Of a stretch of 64,000 nt of DNA, positions 24,423 to 36,802 are shown piece by piece. Numbering within the stretch: position 1 is the stretch's first letter; each line of letters starts with the position of its first letter. The notes beneath the pieces are model-generated. The model made no database searches and had not been told where the DNA came from. It worked only from the letters and a program-made list of their open reading frames with translations. Source of the DNA: Macrostomum hystrix (lineage: Eukaryota; Animalia; Platyhelminthes). Position numbers and translations under genes: made by a program. The stretch covers positions 2,301,976 to 2,365,975 of the forward strand of contig CATNEN010000014.1 of the NCBI GenBank assembly GCA_950097015.1, in the 5' to 3' direction.

Positions 24423-24585
24423 TATTAAGAGTTGGTAAAGCATCCAAATCAGAAATTGAAGGTCTGGTGTTCGATTCTGGACTCCACTTAAAGGATTCGT
24501 GCCAATTAGGAGAGTTAAGCTAGGCACTTAACTCTGGATTGCTTTAGTTTACCCAGCTGTTAAGTGGGTGCAAGCAGAGGCTGGG
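24423..24585 (+). mobile_element. Degenerate tRNA-headed SINE with a CORE-like central domain (5' part)
   Basis: AGTTGGTAAAGC (A-box-like) and GTTCGATTC (B-box) are followed by AGGCACTTAACTCTGGATTGCTTTAGTTTACCCAGCTGTTAAGTGGG, which resembles the CORE/MIR consensus GCAAGTCACTTAACCTCTCTGTGCCTCAGTTTCCTCATCTGTAAAATGGG. Related segments occur at ~35500-35570 (+) and ~11250-11330 (-). Confidence 0.45.
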
Positions 24586-24589
24586 ATAT

Positions 24590-24839
24590 GGGTGATTGGC
24601 TGAGCGGCTAACGCGTTTGCTTCTCGCACCAAGGTCCCTGAGCTCGATTCCGCGGCGAGGCCACATTCATCTGGGGCGCAGCCACAGAGAGAAGGCTTGG
24701 TGGCTTGTCGTACAATTGACGCCCTGGAGGGCCAACCTCCAAGTCACTGTGAGAATGTACACTGCCTGACGATGAGAAAATCAGGGCCGATGTACTCACC
24801 TGAGTGAGTGTGTGTGTGTGCTCAGGAGTCAGCGAAATG
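24590..24839 (+). mobile_element. tRNA-derived SINE, copy B
   Basis: A-box TGGCTGAGCGG, B-box variant GCTCGATTCC, and the same body and tail (...GTGTGCTCAGGAGTCAGCGAAATG) as copy A. Confidence 0.8.
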
Positions 24840-25068
24840 GACAGAATTGCATTCTCGCTGGCTGCGGGTCTAGTGTCACCAAATGATGTGCCATAGGCTT
24901 CAGCCCTCCTGCAATTTATACTGTTATTAATTTTATTATTAATATTATTATTAATATCATTATATTGGCTAGGATGAATGAGGTTGGGTGTGGCGTCCAG
25001 TTTCCCCAGTCCATGGACTAATTGTTTAGTAACTCCGATTTGCAAATTCTTGCAGCAAACCTGCAGCC

Positions 25069-28000
25069 ATGCCAACCAAGCTATTCGGCAAAGACCTGAA
25101 GGAGTACGAGGACATCGATGTCGACGAGCTGCTGTCCAAGCTCACGCCGGAGGAGATCGAGGAGCTGAACGCCGAGCTGGATCCGGACAATTCCCTCCTG
25201 CCTCCGTCGCAGCGGTGTCGCAATCAGACGGAGAAGGCGCCAACCGGCCCGTTCGATCGCGAGCGCCTGATCAAATTCCTGCGCGACCAGGCCGCCAAGG
25301 AGAAGGACTGGGACGAGGCTGTGCCCTACGAGAGGAAGACCAGAGGCAAAGTGTTTGTACCCAAGGAGCAGCCAAGCAAGGCCTTCTCGGACAAGGATCT
25401 GGCAGACATGGGGCTGGACCCCGAGACCGAGGATGTGCTGCTCAATGCTAGCGAGGAAGAAATTGTCGATCTGGCCGCGGCACTAGGCTTCAGCAGCATC
25501 ATGAACCAGGTAACAGACTTCCCAAACACGTCTTCAGAGCTTGCCTGTTCCTACAAATTAATCCCTAACCTAAATCCTGTCAGTGTGTAGAATGATCCCA
25601 TCCAAAATCTATGAAATCCCCACTACGAGCTTTATCCCATCCTCACAGCATTCCTGATCCCATCCTCATAGAATTCCTGATCCCATCCTCACAGCATTCC
25701 TGATCCCATCCTCATAGAATTCCTAATCCATTCCTCACAGCATTCCTTATTCCATCCTCACAGAATTCCTGATCCCATCCTCACAGCATTCCTGATCCCA
25801 TCCTCATAGAATTCCTAATCCAATCCTCACAGCATTCCTTATTCCATCCTCGCAGAATTCCCGATCCCATCCTCACAGAATTCCTGATCCCATCCTCACA
25901 GAATTCCTGATCCCATCCTCACAGAATTCCTGATCCCATCCTCACAGAATTCCAGATCCCATCCTCACAGAATTCCCGATCCCATCCTCACAGAATTCCT
26001 GATCCCATCCTCATAAAATTCCTGATCCCATCCTCACAGCATTACTGATCCCATCCTCACAGCATTCCTAATCCAATCCTCACAGCATTCCTGATCCCAT
26101 CCTCACAGCATTCCTGATCCCATCCTCATAGAATTCCTGATCCAATCCTCACAGAATTCCTGATCCCATCCTCACAGAATTCCTGATCCCATCCTCACAG
26201 AATTCCCGATCCCATCCTCACAGAATTCCTGATCCCATCCTCATAAAATTCCTGATCCCATCCTCACAGCATTACTGATCCCATCCTCACAGCATTCCTG
26301 ATCCCATCCTCATAAAATTCCTGATCCCATCCTCACAGCATTACTGATCCCATCCTCACAGCATTCCTGATCCCATCCTCATAGAATTCCTGATCCAATC
26401 CTCACAGCATTCCTGATCCCATCCTCACAGCATTCCTAATCCAATCCTCACAGCATTCCTGATCCCATCCTCAAAGCATTCCTAATCCAATCCTCACAGC
26501 ATTCCTGATCCCATCCTCACAGCATTCCTGATCCCATCCTCATAGAATTCCTGATCCAATCCTCACAGAATTCCTGATCCCATCCTCACAGAATTCCTGA
26601 TCCCATCCTCACAGCATTCCTGATCCCATCCTCACAGAATTCCCGATCCCATCCTCACAGAATTCCTGATCCCATCCTCATAAAATTCCTGATCCCATCC
26701 TCACAGCATTACTGATCCCATCCTCACAGCATTCCTGATCCCATCCTCACAGCATTCCTAATCCAATCCTCACAGCATTCCTGATCCCATCCTCACAGCA
26801 TTCCTAATCCAATCCTCACAGCATTCCTGATCCCATCCTCACAGCATTCCTAATCCAATACTCACAGCATTCCTTATTCCATCCTCACAGCATTCCCGAT
26901 CCCATCCTCACAGAATTCCTGATCCAATCCTCACAGCATTCCTTATTCCATCCTCACAGAATTCCTGATCCCATCCTCACAGAATTCCCGATCCCATCCT
27001 CACAGAATTCCTGAACCCATCCTCACAAAATTCCTGATCCCATCCTCACAAAATTCCTGATCCCATCCTCACAGAATTCCTGATCCCATCCTCACAGCAT
27101 TCCTGATCCCATCCTCATAGAATTCCTGATCCAATCCTCACAGCATTCCTGATCCCATCCTCACAGAATTCCTGATCCCATCCTCACAGAATTCCTGATC
27201 CCATCCTCACAGCATTCCTGATCCCATCCTCACAGCATTCCTGATCCCATACTCACAGCATTCCTTATTCCATCCTCACAGAATTCCTGATCCCATCCTC
27301 ACAGAATTCCCGATCCCATCCTCACAGAATTCCTGATCCCATCCTCATAAAATTCCTGATCCCATCCTCACAGCATTACTGATCCCATCCTCACAGCATT
27401 CCTGATCCCATCCTCATAGAATTCCTGATCCCATCCTCACAGCATTCCTTATCCAATCCTCACAGCATTCCTGATCCCATCCTCACAGCATTCCTAATCC
27501 AATCCTCACAGCATTCCTGATCCCATCCTCACAGCATTCCTGATCCCATCCTCATAGAATTCCTGATCCAATCCTCACAGAATTCCTGATCCCATCCTCA
27601 CAGAATTCCTGATCCCATCCTCACAGAATTCCTGATCCCATCCTCACAGAATTCCCGATCGCATCCTCACAGAATTCCTGATCCCATCCTCATAAAATTC
27701 CTGATCCCATCCTCACAGCATTACTGATCCCATCCTTACAGCATTCCTGATCCCATCCTCATAAAATTCCTGATCCCATCCTCACAGCATTACTGATCCC
27801 ATCCTCACAGCATTCCTGATCCCATCCTCATAGAATTCCTGATCCAATCCTCACAGCATTCCTGATCCCATCCTCACAGCATTCCTAATCCAATCCTCAC
27901 AGCATTCCTGATCCCATCCTCACAGCATTCCTAATCCAATCCTCACAGCATTCCTGATCCCATCCTCACAGCATTCCTGATCCCATCCTCATAGAATTCC

Positions 28001-30199
28001 TGATCCAATCCTCACAGAATTCCTGATCCCATCCTCACAGAATTCCTGATCCCATCCTCACAGAATTCCTGATCCCATCCTCACAGAATTCCCGATCCCA
28101 TCCTCACAGAATTCCTGATCCCATCCTCATAAAATTCCTGATCCCATCCTCACAGCATTACTTGATCCCATCCTCACAGCATTCCTGATCCCATCCTCAT
28201 AGAATTCCTGATCCAATCCTCACAGCATTCCTGATCCCATCCTCACAGCATTCCTAATCCAATCCTCACAGCATTCCTGATCCCATCCTCACAGCATTCC
28301 TAATCCAATCCTCACAGCATTCCTGATCCCATCCTCACAGCATTCCTAATCCAATACTCACAGCATTCCTTATTCCATCCTCACAGCATTCCCGATCCCA
28401 TCCTCACAGAATTCCTGATCCAATCCTCACAGCATTCCTTATTCCATCCTCACAGAATTCCTGATCCCATCCTCACAGAATTCCCGATCCCATCCTCACA
28501 GAATTCCTGAACCCATCCTCACAAAATTCCTGATCCCATCCTCACAAAATTCCTGATCCCATCCTCACAGAATTCCTGATCCCATCCTCACAGCATTCCT
28601 GATCCCATCCTCATAGAATTCCTGATCCAATCCTCACAGCATTCCTGATCCCATCCTCACAGAATTCCTGATCCCATCCTCACAGAATTCCTGATCCCAT
28701 CCTCACAGAATTCCTGATCCCATCCTCACAGCATTCCTGATCCCATCCTCACAGCATTCCTGATCCCATACTCACAGCATTCCTTATTCCATCCTCACAG
28801 AATTCCTGATCCCATCCTCACAGAATTCCTGATCCCATCCTCACAGAATTCCTGATCTCATCCTCACAAAATTCCTGATCCCATCCTCACAGCATTCCTG
28901 ATCCCATCCTCACAGCATTCCTGATCCCATACTCACAGCATTCCTTATTCCATCCTCACAGAATTCCTGATCCCATCCTCACAGAATTCCTGATCCCATC
29001 CTCACAGAATTCCTGATCTCATCCTCACAAAATTCCTGATCCCATCCTCACAGCATTCCTGATCCCATCCCGCACTGCAGGTCCAGTACTGGGACTCTGT
29101 CAAGAACTCCGGCCAGACGCTCGAGGGCGGCTTTTCCGCCACGGCGAAGTCGGAGCTGATCAAAGCCATGGGTGACGAGCCGCCGAATCCCACGGACGTG
29201 AACGACAGCATCAAACGCCTGGAGTCTGGCGCCTCCGACCTCACCGAGCTGAACCTGAACAACCTGCGCGAGATCTCCGCACAGGACTGGGACCGGCTGT
29301 GGTCCGCGCTGGCCAAGAATGACAAGCTGAAGAAACTGCAGGCTGCCAACTGCGGCCTGACTGACGCCAAGGTGCGCCTTTTTGGGATTCTGGCTTTTAC
29401 AACACCAGTTGGGATTTCCTATTCCTAGATGGGATTTTCGTATTAGTAGTTTAGATTTCAGATTATTGTTCGGGATTTCTGGATTCCTAGTTGGGATTTC
29501 TGGATTCCTTTTTGGGATTTCTGGATTTCTATTTGGGATTTCTGGATTCCTAGTTGAGATTTCGGGTTCTTAGTTTGGATATCTGGATTCCTTGTTGGGA
29601 TTTCTGGATTCCTAGTTAGGATTTCTGGATTCCTATTTGGTATTTCTGGATTCCTTGTTGGGATTTCTGGATTCCTTGTTGGGATTTATGGATTCCTATT
29701 TGATATTTCTGGATTCCGAGTTGGGATTTTCGGATTCCTTTTTGGGATTTTCGCTGAGGTTTCGTTGGGATTTCAGATTTCCAGCTACCATGATTTCTGC
29801 TTCTTTATCAAGTCCAACGTGGGCCAGGAGACAGTGGTGTGTGGATCAGTATGTCAGAGTCTATATTCCAACTCGCAGGCCGAAGGTCTTCTCACCGCCC
29901 TGGCCAGCAACAAATCTCTGGAGACTCTGTGCCTGGACTCCAACATCCTTACCGGTCCCTACTTGGTCAAGTTGTTCTCCGCAATCGGTAGTCAAGGACA
30001 CATTCGCGAGCTGCGCCTTAGCAACCAGCGCCAGAAAGTGCTGGGCGTCCAGACTGAGATGGAAATCCTGCGCCTCCTCAATGACAATGAGTCCCTCATC
30101 CGGCTGGGCATTGATCTGCAGGTGGCCGAGGCCAAGGTGCGCATCCAGGAGCGGGTGCAGCGCAACATGGACAAGGCCACACGTCTGGCCAGGGCCTAG
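25069..30199 (+). CDS. tmod: Tropomodulin (350 aa, 3 exons)
   Basis: Exons 25069-25509, 29081-29371 and 29879-30199, all GT-AG and phase 0. The N-terminus YEDIDVDELLSKLTPEEIEELNAELDPDNSLLPPSQRCRNQTEKAPTGPFDRE and the LRR domain PPNPTDV...LTELNLNN...LCLDSNILTG...ELRLSNQRQKVLG...RNMD are diagnostic. Confidence 0.96.
25590..29070. repeat. 23-bp minisatellite filling tropomodulin intron 1 (~150 units, ~1.5-kb higher-order duplication)
   Basis: Unit CAG(A/C)ATTCCTGATCCCATCCTCA. The rare variant CTGAACCC occurs at 27011 and 28507 (offset 1496). Confidence 0.97.
29405..29780. repeat. Degenerate ~21-bp minisatellite in tropomodulin intron 2
   Basis: Unit TTGGGATTTCTGGATTCCTAG. Confidence 0.88.
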
Positions 30200-31400
30200 G
30201 CAGCTCGCCTCTGATTGGTCAGTGACTTTAACAGATTCGCTCGCTTCTGATTGGTCAGTTGCACTTTTTTTAACTCGTCAAATAATGGGTCTTTGTGATT
30301 GACAGCTTTATTGCTGTGCTTGTTCTTTTTGTTAACCTGCTTAGTTAATTAACCAACTAATATTGAATAGTAGCTGCATAGTTACTATATGCAATATATT
30401 TGTAAGTGTAAGTATTGTTTTTTTCTCAGCCCATTTTCTACCTTTGCTTGCTTTCGCGCACCCAAATCCCCCAATATTTTAGTCTAAACGTGCTCAAACA
30501 AGAAAAAATGAGCAATTTATTAACGGTAGAAGACCACAGGGTATTTCAAATACGAAATAGATAAGAAATCGTGGGTATTTGAGGTAAAGTACGCTGACTT
30601 GTGGTGTCATGTACAATGCATGTTTGCCCCCGCCCCCAATATATCTAATCTAGCTTCTAGAACAATGATTATATGACTTATTACTCATATGAGCACATTT
30701 GCTTAGCAACTGATTATTCTGCGACCAATCGAATTTCGACTTTTATTAGTTAATAAATTAAAATACGACGCTAATCGATAATCAACTCTAGCCGCTGTTC
30801 TGTTTAGTTTCCAAAGCTCCTCATTGATTATTCATTTATCCCATTTGCTAGATGATCCCAGCTAATATTCACTAATAAAGATTTGCCCGTGTTTTGTATA
30901 CCTCTGCAAAATAAAGGTTATTATATACAAGCCACTCTGGCCTTCAAACACTGTCTATTGTCTTTAAAGCGCAAAATGCTCATAAAGCAGGGAGGGTTGC
31001 AAACATACTCAGCAGCAGCTGAGCACGTGACCGAATGACGCAGCCGCCCACACAAACTGAGCACCTTTCCTAATCTGTCTTAGGCTAATAAATGCTTTGA
31101 GACCTGTTCTCAAGGGCCATTGCTATAGTGTGAGTAGCTTCGTAATGTGATTCTCTGCTCATATGAGCAGGGAGGGCCGGGAAATTTCTGCTTGTCAGCC
31201 TCTTATAAACCGCCTGAAACGGAAAACTTAAAACGCTTGCTGTCTTCGTCAGTTATTTGTGCGTTTTTACCATCATGAGATCTGAGTGTTGCCATTCGGA
31301 CCATGCTTGAAATACATCTGCTTGTTTAGTATATTCCTCGTATATTATATGGTTTCATTCTTAAAATTATATCATAACCCCATCCCCGTATGGTCTTATA

Positions 31401-31550
31401 ATCAGATCCCCAAAACCTCCGTATCCCAATGATCAGATCCCCAAAACCTCCGTATCCCAATGATCAGATCCCCAAAACCTCCGTATCCCAATGATCAGAT
31501 CCCCAAAACCTCCGTATTCCAATGATCAGATGCCCAATCCCTCCGTATCC
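31401..31550. repeat. 31-bp tandem repeat (~4.5 copies)
   Basis: Unit ATCAGATCCCCAAAACCTCCGTATCCCAATG. Confidence 0.9.
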
Positions 31551-32740
31551 CAGTCACCGTAGATTTGGAGGATTAGTCACCGTATATTTGGAGGATTAGC
31601 CACCGTAGATTTGGAGGATTAGTCACCGTAGATTTCGAGGATTAGTCACCGTAGATTTCGAGGATTAGCCACCGTAGATTTCGAGGATTAGTCACCGTAG
31701 ATTTCGAGGATTAGTCACCGTAGATTTCGAGGATTAGTCACCGTAGATTTGGAGGATTAGCCACCGTAGATTTGGAGGATTAGCCACCGTAGATTTGGAG
31801 GATTAGCCACCGTAGATTTCGAGGATTAGTCACCGTAGATTTGGAGGATTAGTCACCGTAGATTTGGAGGATTAGCCACCGTAGATTTCGAGGATTAGTC
31901 ACCGTAGATTTCGAGGATTAGTCACCGTAGATTTCGAGGATTAGTCACCGTAGATTTCGAGGATTAGCCACCGTAGATTTCGAGGATTAGCCACCGTAGA
32001 TTTGGAGGATTAGCCACCGTAGATTTCGAGGATTAGTCACCGTAGATTTGGAGGATTAGTCACCGTAGATTTGGAGGATTAGTCACCGTAGATTTCGAGG
32101 ATTAGCCACCGTAGATTTGGAGGATTAGCCACCGTAGATTTGGAGGATTAGCCACCATAGATTTCGAGGATTAGCCACCGTAGATTTGGAGGATTAGCCA
32201 CCGTAGATTTCGAGGATTAGTCACCGTAGATTTCGAGGATTAGCCACCGTAGATTTCGAGGATTAGCCACCGTAGATTTGGAGGATTAGTCACCGTAGAT
32301 TTGGAGGATTAGTCACCGTAGATTTCGAGGATTAGCCACCGTAGATTTCGAGGATTAGCCACCGTAGATTTGGAGGATTAGCCACCATAGATTTCTAGGA
32401 TTAGCCACCGTAGATTTCGAGGATTAGCCACCGTAGATTTCGAGGATTAGCCACCGTAGATTTCGAGGACTAGCCACCGTAGATTTCGAGGATTAGTCAC
32501 CGTAGATTTCGAGGATTAGTCACCGTAGATTTCGAGGATTAGTCACCGTAGATTTGGAGGATTAGCCACCGTAGATTTGGAGGATTAGTCACAGTAGATT
32601 TGGAGGATTAGTCACCGTAGATTTCGAGGATTAGCCACCGTAGATTTGGAGGATTAGTCACAGTAGATTTGGAGGATTAGCCACCGTAGATTTGGAGGAT
32701 TAGTCACCGTAGATTTGGAGGATTAGTCACCGTAGATTTA
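31551..32740. repeat. 23-bp minisatellite (~52 copies)
   Basis: Unit CACCGTAGATTT(C/G)GAGGATTAG(T/C). Confidence 0.96.
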
Positions 32741-32854
32741 GAGGGCTAACCACTGGGGATTTGGATTTGACCCAATGACCCAAAAGCAAGTTAGTTTCAC
32801 TGTTGCTGGATGATTCGCTCGCTATAGCGCCAACCCTTCAGCCAGCGATAAATG

Positions 32855-33655
32855 TGAACTGAAAGTGCTGAAGGGAATTTAAACAAATCTGGGCTGAAAT
32901 TGCGGAAGGAAATTTAAACAAATCTGAACTGAAAGTGCTGAAGGGAATTTAAACAAATCTGAACTGAAAGTGCTGAAGGGAATTTAAACAAATCTGAACT
33001 GAAAGTGCTGAAGGGAATTTAAACAAATCTGAACTGAAACTGCTGAATCGAATTTAAACAAATCTGAACTGAAATTGCTGAAGGGAATTTAAACAAATCT
33101 GAACTGAAATTGCTGAAGGGAATTTAAACAAATTTGAACTGAAATTGCGGAAGGAAATTTAAACAAATCTGAACTGAAAGTGCTGAAGGGAATTTAAACA
33201 AATCTGAACTAAAAGTGCTCAAAGGAATTTAAACAAATCTGAACTGAAAGTGCGGAAGGGAATTTAAACAAATCTGAACTGAAAGTGTTGAAGGGAATTA
33301 AAAAAATCTGAACTGAAAGTGCTGAAGGGAATTTAAATAAATCTGAACTGAAAGTGCTGAAAGGGATTTTAAACAAATCTGAACTGAAACTGCTGAATGG
33401 AATTTAAACAAATCTGAACTGAAATTGCTGAAGGGAATTTAAACAAATCTGAACTGAAAGTGATGAAGGGAATTTAAACAAATCTGAACTGAAATTGCGG
33501 AAGGGAATTTAAACAAATCTGAACTGAAAGTGATGAAGGGAATTTAAACAAATCTGAACTGAAAGTGCTGAAGGGAATTTAAACAAATCTGAACTGAAAG
33601 TTCTGAAGGGAATTTAAACAAATCTGAACTGAAATTGCTGAAGGGAATTTAAACA
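32855..33655. repeat. 35-bp minisatellite (~23 copies)
   Basis: Unit AACTGAAAGTGCTGAAGGGAATTTAAACAAATCTG. Confidence 0.96.
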
Positions 33656-33832
33656 CATATTGTTTAACTTGTTTAATCCCTTTGTACTGAAACGTGAAAT
33701 GTGAACACATATGCTTTCAAGCCTACTTCCAGTAGGCGCACGGGTCATGCTCGCCATTATTTAGGTCAGTTTATTTCTCAATCCTTGATGTCCAGCTGGC
33801 CAGTCCTGATCAGGGAGCCCATCTCCAGCTCG

Positions 33833-36065
33833 TTAGCGGCAGTCGGGGGAACCCGTCGGCTCCGCTCCGAGCAGGCGGCGCAGCTCCGAGCGAAAGTGAT
33901 CGCTGAGCGCGCAGACGATGGCGAAGCTGGCGGCGGTGTCGCAGGTCACCAACAGGTCATTCAGCGGCGCTAGCCAAGCTGGGCAGCCGGCCGTCATGAG
34001 CAGCTTCAACGCTACGAGGACGCCTCCGGGAATCTCTAGCAGGCAGATCTCAGCCGCCAGCACGATCTCCGTGAGCGCCGCTTTGAGCTGACTGCGTGGT
34101 TTGGCGATCTGACGATCGGCCCTGACGTTCGCGATTGCTGCGGCGTTGGCTGCGGCTGCGGCTGTGTTGGCAGCGGCAATAACTACTACACCGGCCTCGT
34201 CGACTGTGGAATCCGCGGCGGCAGCTGCCGTGTCGGAGTCGGCCCGGACAAATGCGAAAGTCGACAGGGCAAAAGAAAACGAGCTTCTAATCGGGCAGCG
34301 GGCTGGGGCTCCGGTGAGGGTGGCAGCGGCGGAATCATCAGCTTCATCGCCAGGTTGAGCTGCCGAAATGACTTCACAAATTAGAGCCGGAGTGGAGTCT
34401 GCGACTTCTGACGCGACTGCTGGATTTTTTACTTCGGTGACAGCCGTGGCGGCCGAAGCTGCGGTGGCTGCTGGTGCTAAGGATTCGTCGATGACGCTGG
34501 ATCTCGCAGCAGCAGCGTTGGCAGCGGTGTTCCGACGTCGCCGGCCACGGCAGCCGGCTAGTCGAGCCGCGGTGAGACTGCGAGTCAGCAGGATGACAGT
34601 CAGCGGCACGTAAGTCTGCAGTGTCCGCACGGTGGGCAGCTGAATGCTCACCAGAAAGTCCTCCCTGCCATCGGCCAGACGAAGCCGCACCACGTTGAGA
34701 CCCGAGACGATGGCGGCTGTGGCGAGCAGCAGGGCCACGAAGATGACTAGCTGAATGCGGCGCGTCAGCCAGCAGCGAAACCGGATCGGCTTGATGACTG
34801 ACAGGAAGCGGAATCCGCTCAAGCAGGCAATCCACAGATTCTTCAGAACAGCGCTGAGGGACTCCCAGCAATGTGCTATCTGCAATTGTTTAAATCTACT
34901 CATTAGTCTTATTCATCTGGTCGGCTTAATTCCCAATGAGTTTCATTGCTCATCAACTTTCTTCTGCTCATCAGATTCATTCTGCTCATCAGATTCATTC
35001 TGCTCATCAGATTCATTCTGCTCATCAGATTCATTCTGCTCATCAGATTCATTCTGCTCATCAGATTCATTCTGCTCATCAGATTCATTCTGCTCATCAG
35101 ATTCATTCTGCTCATCAGATTCATTCTGCTCATTGGTCTTATAGCTGTCCGGAGACTCAAATCTCGGAGGACAGAAATCGCCTGCGATGCTGGTCGAGTC
35201 AAATGGCAAGCAGGTGAGTTGTGCAATTTTTCGCCACGCCCCACCCGCAGTTTCTGTCTGGTGCGGATGCTGGCAGCGCCTCCGGGGTGAAAGGGGTGCA
35301 AGACAAAGGTTAGACAGATAATTGAGCAATAAACACCTGGTCTGTGAGTACCGCACTAGAATTGAGAATAGACACCGTACCATGCTGGGCCAGATGTAAT
35401 GCCGTTGGCACAGCCGCAGCTTCGGATTGCTGCGTACAGCTGTTCAGTCCATGGACTGGTTTGGGTGGCCGCCACAAACACGCTGGAAAAGTTTGTCTTT
35501 CAGCAAGAAACCTAATTATACTATTCTGCAGTTCACACAGCTGTTAAATGGGTACCAACATTAGCTGGGGTAATGGAGGGTGGGTTTGGCGTTCCCCCCA
35601 GTCCATGGACTGAACAGCCGTACGCAGCCTTCAAATGCGCCGCGCGATAGCTGCAGCTGTGCTGCCTGGCCCAGTGCAGGTGTATTCAATTATTTGCTAG
35701 TTTTCAGTTCTGTGTGACAGCCTTCGACTCACATTGAGCACAGCTTTGAGCTCCGAGTTCTGGCCCGCCTTGGCTGCCAAGTCCAGAGCTGTGAAGCACG
35801 TCATGGCGATGCAGAAGTTGATGTGAGCAATCCTCATGAGGATGAGGCCCACGCTGAATACTCCCCGTTTGAGTCTGTACCTGAGCAGCAGCATAGTGAG
35901 TGACAGGCAGCTGAGCAGCAGGCCAACCATCGCCATGAGTAGTGTGAGCACTCTGAGTGCCGTGTACAGCTGGCTACTGCTGCTGCTGCCAGCGACTTCT
36001 GCGGCTGCGGCATCGGTGATGTTCAGCAGCAGCCGGTCATGGCTGCGGACAGCTCTCTCGGTCAT
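33833..36065 (-). CDS. Highly divergent rhodopsin-like orphan 7TM receptor (459 aa, 2 exons, long Ala-rich ICL3)
   Basis: Exon 1 36065-35733 (donor AAT|GTGAGT) and exon 2 34879-33833 (acceptor TTGCAG|ATA), phase 0. Seven hydrophobic segments. The TM3 end NLWIACLSGFRFLSVIKPIRF corresponds to W...ERYxAVCHP, and TM7/H8 DTAASFAIVCALSDHFRSELRRLL to NSxxNFxIY...FR. Confidence 0.72.
34955..35132. repeat. 18-bp minisatellite in the orphan GPCR intron
   Basis: Unit TCAGATTCATTCTGCTCA, about 10 copies. Confidence 0.93.
35408..35662. mobile_element. Foldback/MITE-like element with long inverted arms
   Basis: 31-bp inverted arms at 35429-35459 and 35598-35628 (one mismatch) plus outer 14-bp arms at 35408-35421 and 35649-35662. 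The arm motif CAGTCC(A/G)TGGACT recurs at ~25007 and ~45383. Confidence 0.6.
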
Positions 36066-36319
36066 TCAGTTTTTTGAGACTGCTGAGAATCAGTTTGCTA
36101 CCTGTATTTATGCAGGCTGCCTGTTCCACCAAACCAGCGGCATGGGAAATGGGAAATTAATTGTTTTAGCCCTAGCCATCCGGGTCATAAGGTTGCTGAC
36201 TTGCATTTGACACTTCATTAGCTGCACAAAACTAATTCGTAGTTGGCAATTCGAAATTATTCACCCTTTCCACTTGCTCTACTGCAAGTAGCGCCTGCCG
36301 CTTGTGAGTGAGTAGACTC

Positions 36320-36802
36320 AAGATGAGTGAATGGGTTTAGGATGAGTGAGTAGACTCAGGATGAGTGAATAGGTTCAGGATGAGTGAGTAGGTTCAGGAT
36401 GAGTGAGTAGACTCAGGATGGGTGAGTAGACTCAGGATGAGTGAGTAGACTCAGGATGAGTGAATAGGTTCAGGATTAGTGAGTAGACTCAGGATGGGTG
36501 AGTAGACTCAGGATGAGTGAGTAGACTCAGGATGAGTGAGTAGACTCAGGATGAGTGAGTAGGTTCAGGATGGGTGAGTAGACTCAGGATGAGTGAGTAG
36601 GTTCAGGATGAGTGAGTAGACTCAGGATGGGTGAGTAGACTCAGGATGGGTGAGTAGGTTCAGGATGAGTGAGTAGGTTCAGGATGAGTGAGTAGGTTCA
36701 GGATGAGTGAGTAGGTTCAGGATGAGTGAGTAGGTTCAGGATGAGTGAGTAGGTTCAGGATGAGTGAGTAGACTCAGAATGAGTGAGTAGACTCAGAATG
36801 AG
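36320..36802. repeat. 19-bp minisatellite
   Basis: Unit GGATGAGTGAGTAG(ACT/GTT)CA, about 25 copies. Confidence 0.93.

Noticed and set aside
24423-24496. Possible functional tRNA gene
   Set aside because: A- and B-box-like motifs are present but no acceptor or anticodon stem could be paired; it continues into a CORE-like domain, so it is treated as a SINE head.
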